Source: Thainema sp. (GTDB taxonomy: Bacteria; Cyanobacteriota; Cyanobacteriia; Phormidesmidales; Phormidesmidaceae). From it: a stretch of DNA of 53,198 bases. Position numbers and translations under genes: made by a program. The stretch is from NCBI GenBank assembly GCA_052168235.1, contig JBQLZK010000052.1, positions 1 to 53,198 on the forward strand, written 5' to 3'. Of the stretch, positions 31,827 through 43,494 are shown one piece after another. Positions within the stretch are counted from its first letter, which is position 1, and each line of letters begins with the position of its first letter. The notes under the pieces were generated by a model that saw only the letters and a list, made by a program, of their open reading frames with translations, did no database searches and had not been told where the DNA came from.

Positions 31827-31931
31827 GTGCAGACCAGTTCTTTGACTAGCAACTAAACACAGAAACAATTATGTGGGCTATACATACTACGCCATAATAC
31901 ATCTTTCTGAATAGGTGCAGTTTAAATAGTC

Positions 31932-31962
31932 AAAACCCCCTCCGGCGAACCGGAAGGGGTTT
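31932..31962 (-). terminator. psaAB terminator
   Basis: AAAACCCCCTCCGG-CGAA-CCGGAAGGGGTTT hairpin just past the psaB stop, with a T run on the minus strand. Confidence 0.8.
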
Positions 31963-31989
31963 CGAATTATCTAACTAAGATTAGTTAGG

Positions 31990-34203
31990 CTAACCGAATC
32001 GAGCAGTAGTCGAAGCGATTAGGAAGGCAGCGTAGGTCAAGACATATCCCACCGTAAAGTGAGCTAGACCAACCAAGCGGCCTTGAACGATGGACATAGC
32101 AACTGGCTTATCCTTCCAGCGAACCAAGTTCGCCAGAGGAGTGCGCTCATGAGCCCAAACCAGGGTCTCGATGAGTTCTTGCCAGTAACCCCGCCAGGAG
32201 ATCAGGAACATGAATCCAGTTGCCCAAACCAGGTGTCCGAAGAGGAACATCCAAGCCCAGACCGACAGATTGTTCATGCCGTAGGGGTTGTAGCCATTGA
32301 TTAGCTGAGAAGAATTCAACCAGAGATAGTCACGCAGCCAGCCCATGATCGTCACAGAGGACTCATTGAACTGAGCGACGTTGCCCGACCAAACGGACAG
32401 GTGCTTCCAGTGCCAGTAGAACGTAACCCAACCAACCGTGTTCAGTGCCCAGAACAGCGCCAGGTAGAAAGCGTCCCATGCGGAGATATCGCAGGTACCG
32501 CCCCGACCAGGGCCATCACAAGGGAAGCTATAGCCGAAGTCTTTCTTGTCCGGCATCAGCTTGGAGCCGCGAGCATCCAACGCACCCTTAACCAAAATCA
32601 GAGTGGTGGTGTGCAGACCCAGTGCGATCGCATGGTGAACCAAGAAGTCACCAGGGCCAATCGTTAAGAACAGCGAGTTTGCACCGCTATTGATGGCTTC
32701 CAGCCAGCCATCCAGCCAAACATTGGCATAGTTTGGATACGCTGTGTATGCCACACTGTCAGGATTCGACAGCAGCGTATCAAAGCCATACAGCACCTTA
32801 CCGTGAGCACCCTGAATCCATTGTGCGAACACAGGTTCGATCAGGATTTGCTTTTCGGGAGTACCGAAGGCTTGCATTACGTCATTGTGGACGTACAGAC
32901 CAAGGGTGTGGAAACCCAAGAAGAGAGAAACCCAGCTCAGGTGAGAAATGATGGCTTCCTTATGCTGGAGAACCCGATCCAAAACATTGTTCTTATTTTG
33001 CTCTGGATCGTAGTCCCGGACAAGGAAGATCGCACCGTGAGCGAATGCGCCAACCATGATGAAGGTGGCAATGTACTGGTGGTGGGTGTACAGCGCAGCC
33101 TGAGTCGTAAAGCTCTTCGACATGAAGGCATACGGCGGCATCGAGTACATGTGCTGAGCAACCAGCGAGGTAACAACTCCTAGAGAAGCCAGTGCCAAAG
33201 CGAGCTGGAAGTGTAGAGAGTTGTTTAGGGTGTCATAGAGACCCTTGTGGCCTTCACCAAGCTTGCCACTAGGTGGCTTGTGGGCACTCAGGATTTCCTT
33301 AATGCTGTGGCCAATCCCGAAGTTGGTGCGGTACATGTGACCGGCAATGATGAAGATCACTGCGATCGCAAGGTGGTGGTGAGCCATATCCGTGAGCCAC
33401 AGGGACTCAGTTTGAGGATGGAAGCCACCCAAGAACGTCAAGATAGCCGTTCCCGCACCTTGAGACGTACCAAACACATGGCCAGCCGTATCAGGATTTT
33501 GTGCATACACGCCCCAGTTCAAGGAAAAGAAGGGGCCTAAGCCAGCGGGATGAGGCAATGTAGACAGGAAGTTATCCCAACCCACATGCTGACCGCGAGA
33601 CTCAGGAATCGCAACGTGTACCAGGTGTCCCGTCCAAGCCAAAGAGCTGACGCCGAACAGACCAGCCAAGTGGTGGTTCAAGCGAGATTCAGCGTTCTTA
33701 AACCAGCTCAAGCTGGGGCGGAACTTAGGCTGTAGGTGCAACCAGCCAGCGAACAGGAAGATGGCCGACAGAATCAGGAGGAAAATAGACCCCATGTAAA
33801 GGTCGCCATTGGTTCGCATACCGATGGTGTACCACCAGTGGTAAACCCCAGAGAACGCGATATTCACGGGGCCAGAAGCGCCAGCTCGGGTAAAGGCATC
33901 TACCGCAGGCTGACCGAAGTGAGGATCCCAAATCGCATGGGCGATGGGACTAACATTTAGCGGATCAGTGACCCACTGTTCGAAGTTTCCTTGCCAGGCG
34001 ACGTGGAACAGGTTGCCAGAAGTCCACAAGAAAATGATGGCCAGATGACCGAAGTGAGAAGCGAAAATCTTTTGATAAAGATTCTCCTCCGTCATGCCAT
34101 CGTGGGTCTCAAAGTCATGAGCAGTGGCAATCCCGTACCAAATCCGACGAGTAGTCGGATCCTGAGCGAGGTCCTGGCTAAATTTGGGAAATTTAGTTGC
34201 CAT
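31990..34203 (-). CDS. psaB: Photosystem I P700 apoprotein A2
   Basis: [50 protein letters not shown] (FX loop). Confidence 0.99.
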   Translation of the reverse strand: MATKFPKFSQDLAQDPTTRRIWYGIATAHDFETHDGMTEENLYQKIFASHFGHLAIIFLWTSGNLFHVAWQGNFEQWVTDPLNVSPIAHAIWDPHFGQPAVDAFTRAGASGPVNIAFSGVYHWWYTIGMRTNGDLYMGSIFLLILSAIFLFAGWLHLQPKFRPSLSWFKNAESRLNHHLAGLFGVSSLAWTGHLVHVAIPESRGQHVGWDNFLSTLPHPAGLGPFFSLNWGVYAQNPDTAGHVFGTSQGAGTAILTFLGGFHPQTESLWLTDMAHHHLAIAVIFIIAGHMYRTNFGIGHSIKEILSAHKPPSGKLGEGHKGLYDTLNNSLHFQLALALASLGVVTSLVAQHMYSMPPYAFMSKSFTTQAALYTHHQYIATFIMVGAFAHGAIFLVRDYDPEQNKNNVLDRVLQHKEAIISHLSWVSLFLGFHTLGLYVHNDVMQAFGTPEKQILIEPVFAQWIQGAHGKVLYGFDTLLSNPDSVAYTAYPNYANVWLDGWLEAINSGANSLFLTIGPGDFLVHHAIALGLHTTTLILVKGALDARGSKLMPDKKDFGYSFPCDGPGRGGTCDISAWDAFYLALFWALNTVGWVTFYWHWKHLSVWSGNVAQFNESSVTIMGWLRDYLWLNSSQLINGYNPYGMNNLSVWAWMFLFGHLVWATGFMFLISWRGYWQELIETLVWAHERTPLANLVRWKDKPVAMSIVQGRLVGLAHFTVGYVLTYAAFLIASTTARFG

Positions 34204-34228
34204 AAGTCGTTATCAATCCTCCTCGCCC

Positions 34229-36481
34229 TTATCCTACTGCAATTATCCGAGCCAGGAAGAACGCCCATGTAGTGACGATTCCTCCTAGGAGGTAATGTGC
34301 AACTCCAACTGCCCGACCCTGAATGATGCTCAGAGCACGAGGTTGAATAGCAGGAGCTACTTTGAGCTTGTTGTGAGCCCAAACGATGGACTCGATTAGC
34401 TCTTGCCAATAGCCGCGACCACTAAACAAGAACATCAAGCTGAATGCCCAAACGAAGTGTGCGCCTAAAAACAGCAGACCGTAAGCAGACAGAGCGGAAC
34501 CGTAGGAACCAATCACCTGCGTTGCCTGTGCCCACAGGAAGTCACGCAACCAACCGTTAATGGTGATAGCACTTTGGGCAAAGTTACCACCCGTGATATG
34601 TGAAACCGTACCGTCGGGTGAAACCGTTCCCCATACATCAGACTGCATCTTCCAACTGAAGTGGAAAATTACGATAGACAAGGAGTTGTACATCCAGAAC
34701 AGACCGAGGAATACGTGGTCCCAACCAGAAACCTGGCAGGTGCCGCCCCGACCAGGGCCATCGCAAGGGAAGCGGAAGCCCAAGTTTGCCTTATCTGGGA
34801 TCAGGCGAGAGCTGCGAGCGAACAGAACGCCCTTCAGCAGAATCAGAACAGTAACGTGAATGGTAAACGCATGGATGTGGTGCACCAAGAAATCTGCCGT
34901 GCCTAAGGCAATCGGCATCATGGCAACCTTGCCACCCACAGCAACCACATCACCACCAAATGCAAAGCTCGCCGGGGAGATCGCATTGGGAGCTGTGTTA
35001 CCGGGTGCTAGGGTGTGCAGATTCTGCACCCACTGAGCAAAAACAGGCTGAAGCTGAATCGCCGTATCCGAGAACATGTCCTGGGGACGACCCAAAGCAC
35101 GCATGGTGTCATTGTGAACGTATAGACCAAAGCTATGGAAGCCGAGGAAAATACAAACCCAATTCAGGTGGGAAATAATGGCATCCCGATGACGGATCAT
35201 CCGATCCAGCAGGTTGTTGACATTATTGGCTGGATCATAATCCCGCACCATGAAGATGGCTCCGTGAGCGCCAGCGCCCACAATCAAGAAACCACCGATC
35301 CACATGTGGTGGGTAAACAGCGAAAGCTGTGTTGGATAATCAGTCGCCAAATAGGGATAAGGCGGCATGGCATACATATGCTGAGCAACAATGATGCTCA
35401 GAGAACCTAGCATCGCCAAGTTAATAGCGAGTTGAGCATGCCAAGAGGTGGTCAGAATTTCATACAGACCTTTATGACCTTCACCTGTGAAGGGACCTCG
35501 GTGATTTTCCAGGATCGTCTTCATGCTGTGACCGATGCCCCAGTTGGTGCGATACATGTGGCCTGCCACGATAAACAGAACCGCGATCGCAAGGTGATGG
35601 TGCGCCGTGTCAGACAGCCAGAGACCGCCCGTAACCGGATTGAGTCCACCCTTAAAGGTAAGGAAATCTGCATATTCAGCCCAGTTCAGCGTGAAGAAGG
35701 GAGTCAGACCCTTCGCGAAGCTGGGATAGAGCTCTACCATTAAGCTCTTATCCAAGATGAATTCGTGTGGCAGCGGAATGTCTTTAGGTGCAACCCCAGA
35801 ATCCAAGAGCTTATTAATTGGCAGAGAAACGTGAATCTGGTGACCTGCCCAGCCTAAGGAGCCTAGACCCAACAAGCCAGCCAAGTGGTGGTTCATCATG
35901 GACTCAACATTCTGGAACCATTCCAGTTTGGGAGCCCGTTTGTGATAGTGGAACCAACCGGCAAACAGCATCAAGCCAGCCATTACTAGACCGCCAATTG
36001 CGGTGCAGTACAACTGGAACTCGTTGGTGATACCAGAAGCACGCCAGAGCTGGAAGAAACCAGAGGTGATTTGAATACCCTGGAATCCACCGCCGACATC
36101 AGCATTCAAAATATCTTGACCGACGATGTCCCAAACAACCTGAGCACTGGGCTTGATGTTGATGGGGTCGCTGAGCCAAGCTTCATAGTTTGAAAACTTA
36201 GCGCCGTGGAAATACATGCCACTCAGCCAAATAAAGATAATGGCGAGATGACCAAAGTGAGCGCTAAAAATCTTACGAGAGATATCTTCTAAGTCGCTGG
36301 TATGACTATCGAAATCATGCGCGAGAGCGTGAAGGTTCCAAATCCAAGTTGTGGTTTTTGGACCTCGCGATAAGGTGCGGTCGAAGTGGCCGGGTTTTGC
36401 CCACTTCTCAAAGGAAGTAGGAACCGGGTCGTTGTCGACCACTACCCTTACCTTCTCCCGCTCCTGTGGAGTAGTTGTCAT
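34229..36481 (-). CDS. psaA: Photosystem I P700 apoprotein A1
   Basis: [39 protein letters not shown] 36481 follows an AGGAG RBS. Confidence 0.99.
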   Translation of the reverse strand: MTTTPQEREKVRVVVDNDPVPTSFEKWAKPGHFDRTLSRGPKTTTWIWNLHALAHDFDSHTSDLEDISRKIFSAHFGHLAIIFIWLSGMYFHGAKFSNYEAWLSDPINIKPSAQVVWDIVGQDILNADVGGGFQGIQITSGFFQLWRASGITNEFQLYCTAIGGLVMAGLMLFAGWFHYHKRAPKLEWFQNVESMMNHHLAGLLGLGSLGWAGHQIHVSLPINKLLDSGVAPKDIPLPHEFILDKSLMVELYPSFAKGLTPFFTLNWAEYADFLTFKGGLNPVTGGLWLSDTAHHHLAIAVLFIVAGHMYRTNWGIGHSMKTILENHRGPFTGEGHKGLYEILTTSWHAQLAINLAMLGSLSIIVAQHMYAMPPYPYLATDYPTQLSLFTHHMWIGGFLIVGAGAHGAIFMVRDYDPANNVNNLLDRMIRHRDAIISHLNWVCIFLGFHSFGLYVHNDTMRALGRPQDMFSDTAIQLQPVFAQWVQNLHTLAPGNTAPNAISPASFAFGGDVVAVGGKVAMMPIALGTADFLVHHIHAFTIHVTVLILLKGVLFARSSRLIPDKANLGFRFPCDGPGRGGTCQVSGWDHVFLGLFWMYNSLSIVIFHFSWKMQSDVWGTVSPDGTVSHITGGNFAQSAITINGWLRDFLWAQATQVIGSYGSALSAYGLLFLGAHFVWAFSLMFLFSGRGYWQELIESIVWAHNKLKVAPAIQPRALSIIQGRAVGVAHYLLGGIVTTWAFFLARIIAVG

Positions 36482-37355
36482 GGAGACTCTCCTCTCTAGA
36501 CAAGGAACGAGACGACGTCTCACCCCAAGAGCATTTGACCTGATCAATGCGTGGAGAGCTTAGCAGTGTTTCCACCCCTCTCTCCAGCGCAAAAGCTGAG
36601 TACATCCTTACGAAAACCTTATAGATAAGTTTTGTAAGTCGTTTGCTAAGACAAAGTTATGTCATTTAGTTATTCCAACCGTTCGAGTAGTCCAAGAAGT
36701 TGAACTCTACAAACAGAAGTCGCTTGGGGTGTTCTCTCGAGCATTATAGACTTGCGTTTGAAACCGCTTTGATGCGCGTTAACAATAATTCAAGTTGGGA
36801 AAGGCTTGATCTGACTGGGATTGGCTTATTGGGTCTGTGCAAAAGTCAAGTTTTTTACCGCATTTTTTACAAAACGAAATGACTTTTAGGTGAGATAGCT
36901 ATTTGGCTCGACTCCAGATCAGCCCTAGGCGAGATCCCCTATCTGTAGCTGCTTTGGGCGATCACGCAGCTCGATAATTGCGATCGCAACTTTCCCTCAC
37001 AAACTGCAACAAGCTGTCATTGAGTCTCACATTTCGGGTATCAGCTTGTTAAATCTGACGCTTTGCATAGAGAAATATAGAGAACAAATTGGGATCACTA
37101 TTCCAAACGCTTATAGACGGATTCACAGATAGAAATCAAAAGCAAGATGCCTACCTTAAACGAGCAATCTGTCAATTAAATTGCAATTTATTGAAATCTA
37201 TTGAAACAATTGATCACAATTTTGCGCTGTAGTTCCAGTTGCAGCCAATTGTTGTAAACCTGACATAGATTCTGCCTTTGCCGCATGTCGATCTGAAATC
37301 CAGCAGCGTGGGCAGGCTTTCCGCTATAGTCCGAATGGAGCGTTTTAGGACGAAT

Positions 37356-39308
37356 ATGACTGGGTTTCGAGCAGGGTTTAAGTGGATCAAGTCGATGGCT
37401 GCCGTTGGCCTCAGTATCATCCTGTGTGTAGTGGGGATTGGCCTGACAGGATGTGGCAACCGCGATCGCACCGTCGATGTCAGTCAAGTCGCGCAGGGCA
37501 AACAAGCTCAAGCCAACATCACCAAGCGGCTTTACGAGGTTGCTCCGCCCCAAGCCATCCAAGATTTGGGCCAGCTACTCACCGCTTATCAGCCGCAGGT
37601 AAAAATCCTCAGTCCCCAGCCCAATCAGGTTTTGCAGTCTACCGAAGTGTCCGTCAGGCTCCAGGTGCGCGATTTACCCCTATTCAAAAACGAAACTTTT
37701 GAAATGGGGCCACACCTACACGTCATTCTGGATAACCAGCCCTATCAAGCGGTTTACGACACAAGCAAACCGCTGGTCTTTTCTGACCTAGAACCCGGTA
37801 CCCATACCCTGCGCGTCTTTGCCTCCCGTCCCTGGCACGAAAGCTTCAAAAATGACGGAGCCTACGACCAGGTTACGTTCCATCTCTTTAGTCCCACGCT
37901 GGACAACTCACCCACAGTCGGCATGCCTCAGCTCACCTATAGCCGCCCCAAGGGCAGCTACGGCGCGGAGCCAATCATGCTGGACTTTTATCTAAAAGAC
38001 GCACCGCTGCACTTTGTGGCACGGCAAGATAGCGAAGATGACATCAAAGATTGGCGCATCCGCTGCACGATTAATGGTGAAAGCTTTTTGTTTGATCAGT
38101 GGCAGCCCGTTTACTTGAAAGGCTTCAAAACAGGCCAAAACTGGCTGAAGCTGGAGCTGCTGGATGAGGATGGCAACTTAATCAGCAACGCCTTTAACTC
38201 GACGATTCGATTAATCGACTATCAGCCTGGCGGTGAAGACACGCTCTCCAAGCTAGTGCGGGACGAACTGACTGCGGCTGATGTACAGGGTATTGTTGAC
38301 CCCAACTACGTGCCGCCTGAACCCGAATCTGAAATTGAACCGGAGGTTGAGCCAGAAGTTGAGCCGATAACGCCTGTACCAACCGAGCCGCCTGTAGAAT
38401 CCCCTGTTTTGGAAGAACAGCCTACAGTCAAGGAATTCGACGACTTTGCCGAACCCACCGAAGATGAAGAAATCCCTGATGAGGAAGAGCCTGAATTGGC
38501 GATTCCAGAAACTCTCCCTGCCAGCCCAGAAGAGTCCAGCGACGAATTGAACATTGAGCCACCTACCGTAGACAAACGTCAGACAGAACCGTCCGAAGCT
38601 CCATTCAAGGCAGTTGAACCGGAATCTGCACCCGCTCTAGAAACCGATCAAGACACTGATCAGGTTGATGAACAACCCAAAATCTTGGAGCCAGAGCTGA
38701 TTCCCCAGCCAAGTGAAACGACACTGGATCAGCTCAAAGGAACGTCTACCGATTCAGCAGGTGTTACCAAAGATGAACCAGAACCAGAACCGATTGAAAT
38801 CACTAAGCCAACTCCCAAAGCCGTAATCAATGACGTTCCAGGGCTCATCGATGAAATAGACGCGATAGATGAAGACGATGCAGAAGAAGCGGAGGATGCG
38901 ATCGCACCTCCTCCCTCATCAACAGAACAAGCGAATGAACCGGAGCCATCTGCAACCGTTGAGGAAATTATGTCTCCCACGATCGAGGAACCGGATGGGA
39001 CTATCCCAACCGTTCAGCCCTCGAGAACACCGGGGTCGCCCATGCCTCAAGCGGCGAAAGACGACATTTTCAACCAATCTCGTCAGCGTTTGGGTCGATT
39101 CTTTGAGCGGTTCCGTCAGCCAGATGCGGAGGACAAGAACGTGCCGCCCACGCTGCCGGAAATTATCGACGAACCCAGTCTCAAATCTTTGGAGCGCGAT
39201 TTGAAGCTGGATAACGAGCCGCAGTTCAATCCCCTGCCAATTGAACCCGACCAGCCGTTTTCACCGTCCACTCCAGCCTCGCCCGATCAATCGACGCTGA
39301 CCGAGTAG
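37356..39308 (+). CDS. Lipoprotein with conserved-looking N-terminal beta domain and long acidic Pro/Glu-rich tail
   Basis: Lipobox LTGC; GPHLHVILDNQPY...HTLRVFASRPWHESFKN; low-complexity EP-rich C-terminal half; ATG 37356 follows AGGA. Confidence 0.78.
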   Translation: MTGFRAGFKWIKSMAAVGLSIILCVVGIGLTGCGNRDRTVDVSQVAQGKQAQANITKRLYEVAPPQAIQDLGQLLTAYQPQVKILSPQPNQVLQSTEVSVRLQVRDLPLFKNETFEMGPHLHVILDNQPYQAVYDTSKPLVFSDLEPGTHTLRVFASRPWHESFKNDGAYDQVTFHLFSPTLDNSPTVGMPQLTYSRPKGSYGAEPIMLDFYLKDAPLHFVARQDSEDDIKDWRIRCTINGESFLFDQWQPVYLKGFKTGQNWLKLELLDEDGNLISNAFNSTIRLIDYQPGGEDTLSKLVRDELTAADVQGIVDPNYVPPEPESEIEPEVEPEVEPITPVPTEPPVESPVLEEQPTVKEFDDFAEPTEDEEIPDEEEPELAIPETLPASPEESSDELNIEPPTVDKRQTEPSEAPFKAVEPESAPALETDQDTDQVDEQPKILEPELIPQPSETTLDQLKGTSTDSAGVTKDEPEPEPIEITKPTPKAVINDVPGLIDEIDAIDEDDAEEAEDAIAPPPSSTEQANEPEPSATVEEIMSPTIEEPDGTIPTVQPSRTPGSPMPQAAKDDIFNQSRQRLGRFFERFRQPDAEDKNVPPTLPEIIDEPSLKSLERDLKLDNEPQFNPLPIEPDQPFSPSTPASPDQSTLTE

Positions 39309-39323
39309 GACGACTGAACAACC

Positions 39324-40880
39324 ATGCCGCCCCACGTCCGAGCACCCCAGTTTCCCCGCGATCTCACTTGGCTGAATACGCCCAATTCCCTATCGCTGCG
39401 AGATCTGCGGGGAACAGTAGTGCTGCTCGATTTCTGGACGTACGGCTGCATCAACTGTTTGCACGTTTTGCCGGATTTGGCTTGGCTAGAGCAAAAATAT
39501 GCAGAGCAACTGGTGGTGATTGGTGTTCATACACCCAAGTTTGCCCATGAGCAATCTGAAGCCGCCGTTCAGCAGGCTATCCAGCGCTACGACATACAGC
39601 ATCCCGTGATCAACGACTGCGATTGCACTCTGTGGAATCAATACGCGGTCAGGGCGTGGCCAACGCTGGTAGTGATTGATCCAAATGGCTACATTGCACT
39701 TCAGGTTTCGGGTGAGGGCCATCTTGAGCGAATCAATACTGTGATTGCCAAACTGCTGGGGCAGGAGCCTGAGTCTATGCCAGTACTGGCATCAGCGCTG
39801 CCTCAGAAAACTCCGCCCAGTAATTTACACACAAAGGGGCAGAACCTAGAGCTATCCTTTCCCGGTGAAATTTGGGTAGATGAGCTGTGCGATCGCATGT
39901 TCATCGCCGACACGGGTCATCATCGGATCGCGATCTCAACTCTGGACGGCAAGCTACAGGCCACAATCGGCACGGAGCAATCCGGCTGGCAGGATGGCGA
40001 TTTTGCAACGGCTCGGTTCAATATGCCGCAAGGATTAACCTTTGATGCCGTGCAGCAGCGGTTGTACGTGGCCGATACGGGCAATCATCTGATTCGCTGC
40101 ATTGATCTAGAGCAGGAGCAGGTTCATACCCTGGCGGGCACAGGTCGCCAAAGCCGCGTGATTTACCCTCATGGCGGTCGAGCGACCGAAGTTGACCTCA
40201 ATTCGCCTTGGGGATTGGCGCTGGTTTATCCACATCTCTACATGGCGATGGCCGGATCGCACCAAATTTGGGTCTTGAATCTTGTCACAAACCAGATCAG
40301 TACTCTAATCGGTACAGGAGCCGAAGCCTGCGTGGATGGTTCACCTGCGATCGCAGCTTTTGCTCAGCCCAGTGGGTTATGCATCGATCAATGTACCGAT
40401 GTCTGCACCGATCGCCCTAATCTTTACGTCGCCGACTGCGAATCCAGTTCGATCCGGCAAGTTAATTTAGCTACAACCAGAGTTCAAACCCTCTGTGGCT
40501 CCGGCGGACTCTTCGACTTTGGCGATCGGGACGGTGTTGGTGATCAGGCGCGGCTCCAGCACTGCTTAGGCGTCTGCGCGATTGGCAATACGCTGTGGAT
40601 TGCAGACACCTACAACCATGTCATCAAGCAGTTGAACCTCAATACGCGGAAATGTGTCACCCGCTGGGGAACGGGACAGCCGGGGTATCGAGATGGGAAT
40701 GGGATGTGCGATCGCAACTCTCCACAAAACTCCCCACAAAACTGCTCACAGCCAGCCCTATTCAACGAGCCCACCGCCCTCAGCGCCACGTCAACTCACC
40801 TGTACGTTGCCGACACCAACAATCACGCCATCCGCCGCATCAATTTGTCAAACAATCACGTTTCGACTCTGATTTTGTAG
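39324..40880 (+). CDS. Thioredoxin-like plus NHL-repeat protein (NHLRC2/SOQ1-like)
   Basis: LLDFWTYGCINCLH, RAWPT cis-Pro motif, repeated YVADT.NH.IR NHL blades. Confidence 0.88.
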   Translation: MPPHVRAPQFPRDLTWLNTPNSLSLRDLRGTVVLLDFWTYGCINCLHVLPDLAWLEQKYAEQLVVIGVHTPKFAHEQSEAAVQQAIQRYDIQHPVINDCDCTLWNQYAVRAWPTLVVIDPNGYIALQVSGEGHLERINTVIAKLLGQEPESMPVLASALPQKTPPSNLHTKGQNLELSFPGEIWVDELCDRMFIADTGHHRIAISTLDGKLQATIGTEQSGWQDGDFATARFNMPQGLTFDAVQQRLYVADTGNHLIRCIDLEQEQVHTLAGTGRQSRVIYPHGGRATEVDLNSPWGLALVYPHLYMAMAGSHQIWVLNLVTNQISTLIGTGAEACVDGSPAIAAFAQPSGLCIDQCTDVCTDRPNLYVADCESSSIRQVNLATTRVQTLCGSGGLFDFGDRDGVGDQARLQHCLGVCAIGNTLWIADTYNHVIKQLNLNTRKCVTRWGTGQPGYRDGNGMCDRNSPQNSPQNCSQPALFNEPTALSATSTHLYVADTNNHAIRRINLSNNHVSTLIL

Positions 40881-40913
40881 GTTAGGTTGAGCTTAGCAAC
40901 GCGAAACCCAGCA
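40877..40913 (+). repeat. REP-like element (GTAGGTTGGGTTGAG family)
   Basis: GTAGGTTAGGTTGAGCTTAGCAACGCGAAACCCAGCA; its GTAG overlaps the stop codon of the upstream gene. Confidence 0.7.
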
Positions 40914-40952
40914 ACTGTAGAGGCTGTTGAATCTCATAGGTTTAACGCCAAC

Positions 40953-41738
40953 TTACAAGGAAGACGAATTCTCAGACGACGACAAAATTTGCAAGATTTT
41001 CTGCATGTCGTCCAAATCCCCAACAATGCGTCTAGCGGGTGGCGGCCATACCTTCAACAGCGTTGGAGTCGCCGCAATATGGTCTGCTTCCACCTGTTCG
41101 GGATGCTGATGCACATCAATTACTTTGAGCGTGTAGGGCTGATTTAGGAACTGCTCCAGTGACTGATGTAAATTTTTCAGAATGCGTTCGGTTGCGCCGC
41201 TGCGTCCAGAAACAAACAGGCGTAGCACATATCCAGGACGAGCGTTTGGTAAAGGATTGGCCGGAGACCAAGCCAAAGACGGAGTAGGCTGATCGGTTGC
41301 CGATATGGCAAAGGATAGGTCACAGCGCAAAATTAGCTCATGATTTTCCCAGAGCTGGGGAAACTGCTGCTGATAGGTTTGAATGACAACCGGATTGCAG
41401 GTTTCGGGCAGATCATGAATCACCTGCCACGGCAAATCGTCGTCTCCAAAGATGACATTGAGCAGCGCTCGATGACGCGCCACCAGCGGATACAGCTCAG
41501 CGTAGGTTTGCACCGCTTGAGTCTTGCTGTCAAACCATCGATCCACCGTGGCTGTATAGCCAGGTACCAGAAAATGAGGTGGCTCTGGCAGATTTAACAC
41601 ATCCTGCAACACAGCGCAAAGCTGCATATGCCAGCGTTTTTGCTTGTCAGGATCGACACAATAGACTAAATCTCCCCCAGGCGTAAATAGGGCAATGCCC
41701 TTAAAAAGCTGGGGGAGAGGAGTGACAGAATGATTCAC
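40953..41738 (-). CDS. KaiB-domain protein with uncharacterised N-terminal domain
   Basis: C-terminal YVLRLFVSG...YTLKVIDV...ATPTLLKVWPPPARRIVGDL KaiB signature; about 165-aa N-terminal extension. Confidence 0.85.
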   Translation of the reverse strand: MNHSVTPLPQLFKGIALFTPGGDLVYCVDPDKQKRWHMQLCAVLQDVLNLPEPPHFLVPGYTATVDRWFDSKTQAVQTYAELYPLVARHRALLNVIFGDDDLPWQVIHDLPETCNPVVIQTYQQQFPQLWENHELILRCDLSFAISATDQPTPSLAWSPANPLPNARPGYVLRLFVSGRSGATERILKNLHQSLEQFLNQPYTLKVIDVHQHPEQVEADHIAATPTLLKVWPPPARRIVGDLDDMQKILQILSSSENSSSL

Positions 41739-41753
41739 AGCAAGAAAAGGTTT

Positions 41754-43265
41754 CTAGACGCGACCTCGTAGCATCTGAGCCATCTCGTTTTGTTTGGGAG
41801 CCATCTCTAAAGCTGTTTCTTCAGTGATGCGACCCGCTTCATACAAGGCGTAGAGAGATTGATTCATAGAGCACATGCCGTCAAACGTACACTTCGGAAT
41901 GATGGCTTCTACTTCGTCAATCTGACCTCGCAGAATGTAATCCTTAATGGCGTCAGTATTAATTAGGATGTCATGGAATGCCGCTCGCTTGCCATCCGTA
42001 GTCCGACACAAACCTTGAGCAATGACAGCAACTAACGATTCTGCGATCGCAACTCGAATGGGAGCCTGCTGCTCCGGCTCATACAGGTTTAGGATACGCT
42101 CAATCGTCTTAACCGCGCTGTTGGTGTGTAGCGTTCCCATGACCATGTGGCCGGTCTGGGCTGCCTTCAAAGCGGTATTTACCGTTTCCTTATCCCGCAT
42201 TTCACCCACTAGGATGATATCGGGATCTTCCCGCAGCGATGCCTTCAGCGCATTGTCAAACTTGAGCGTGTGCATACCGACTTCCCGCTGTTTGATCAGA
42301 GATTTGCGGCTGGTATGCACAAATTCCACCGGGTCTTCAATCGTCACAATATGCTTTGGCATATTGGTGTTGATGTAGTCGATCATCGCCGCCATCGTAG
42401 TAGACTTACCAGAACCCGTTGGCCCGGTTACGAGTACTAAGCCCTTGTGATAGTGGCAAATATCGCGAAAGACACTCGGCAAATTCAACTCTTCCATCGT
42501 CATGATTTTGACGGGAATCAGTCGCAGAACCATCGCTGGCCCCCGCAGGGTATCGAATACGTTAATCCGGATCCGGGTGAAGTCGAACTGAGCGGCCCCG
42601 TCAAAGTCCAGCGTTTTTTCAAACTGCTGAATATCTTCTGGCTTCATGATTTCGTTTAGCCAGCTCATGAAGGTTTTGCGATCGGTAACGGGCCATTCGG
42701 TCGGATCGATTTCGCCTCGATTTCGGAAACGCGGCACTTCATTCACGCCCAGGTGAACGTCAGAATAGCCTTCATCAAACGCTTTTTTAACAATTTGCTC
42801 TAGCGTCGGTTGGCCATTAGAGCGCACAGACATGGTCGGCGGTGCCGGGGCGCGATTTGGAACAGCCGGAGCCGCAGCCGGACGGGCTGACTGCGCTGGC
42901 GCTGCTTGAGCTGCAGGTGCGGGCTGTGGCGGAGGAGGTGCAGCAGGTGCAGCGGTTTTGACTTGAGTTTGCTCGGGCTGGGCAGCTCGGGCCTGTGTCG
43001 CTTGAGCGGCTGCTCGCGTTTGGGCTTGTTGAGCTTGAGCCGCTCGCATTTGGGCTGCTCTCGCAGCCTGCACAGCTTGAGCAGAAGGTTGAGGTGCTTG
43101 TCCACTGGGACGAGCTTGAGTTGGTTGTCCACTAGGCGGTGGCGTGGCCGGACGAACTCGATTCATAGGCGGTTGTCCACTACCTGCCCCCATTGGCATA
43201 GCAGCGGTTTCATCTTCACCCGGAGGGCTAAACGGATTAGGAATGGCAGGACGAGATTCTGTCAT
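41754..43265 (-). CDS. pilT: Type IV pilus retraction ATPase PilT (PilT2-type, Pro/Ala/Gln-rich N-terminus)
   Basis: SDVHL, GPTGSGKSTT, TIEDPVE, LREDPDIILVGEMRD, TGH...TLH, AIKDYI. Confidence 0.92.
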   Translation of the reverse strand: MTESRPAIPNPFSPPGEDETAAMPMGAGSGQPPMNRVRPATPPPSGQPTQARPSGQAPQPSAQAVQAARAAQMRAAQAQQAQTRAAAQATQARAAQPEQTQVKTAAPAAPPPPQPAPAAQAAPAQSARPAAAPAVPNRAPAPPTMSVRSNGQPTLEQIVKKAFDEGYSDVHLGVNEVPRFRNRGEIDPTEWPVTDRKTFMSWLNEIMKPEDIQQFEKTLDFDGAAQFDFTRIRINVFDTLRGPAMVLRLIPVKIMTMEELNLPSVFRDICHYHKGLVLVTGPTGSGKSTTMAAMIDYINTNMPKHIVTIEDPVEFVHTSRKSLIKQREVGMHTLKFDNALKASLREDPDIILVGEMRDKETVNTALKAAQTGHMVMGTLHTNSAVKTIERILNLYEPEQQAPIRVAIAESLVAVIAQGLCRTTDGKRAAFHDILINTDAIKDYILRGQIDEVEAIIPKCTFDGMCSMNQSLYALYEAGRITEETALEMAPKQNEMAQMLRGRV

Positions 43266-43494
43266 AGCTTTTGAACCGAATTTCTTGCGTAGGACGTTGC
43301 ATTAGGAGAAATCATGAAGGGGATACTGTTGCTGAGCTAGCGTCCGTTGCACCCGTTATCAGGCAGCAAGGAGTTAATCCCCTACTCTATTGGCTAGTCT
43401 GCCCAAGTTGCGATCGCGACTAACGGAAATCAGACAAAATCACCTCAAATACCGGCTTTATGTCCATTTGGGATAGCTCATTTAAGGTCAACTA

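Noticed and set aside
31990..36481. Far-red (FaRLiP) psaA2/psaB2 cluster
   Set aside because: Sequences look canonical and there are no rfpABC, apc or psb paralogs nearby
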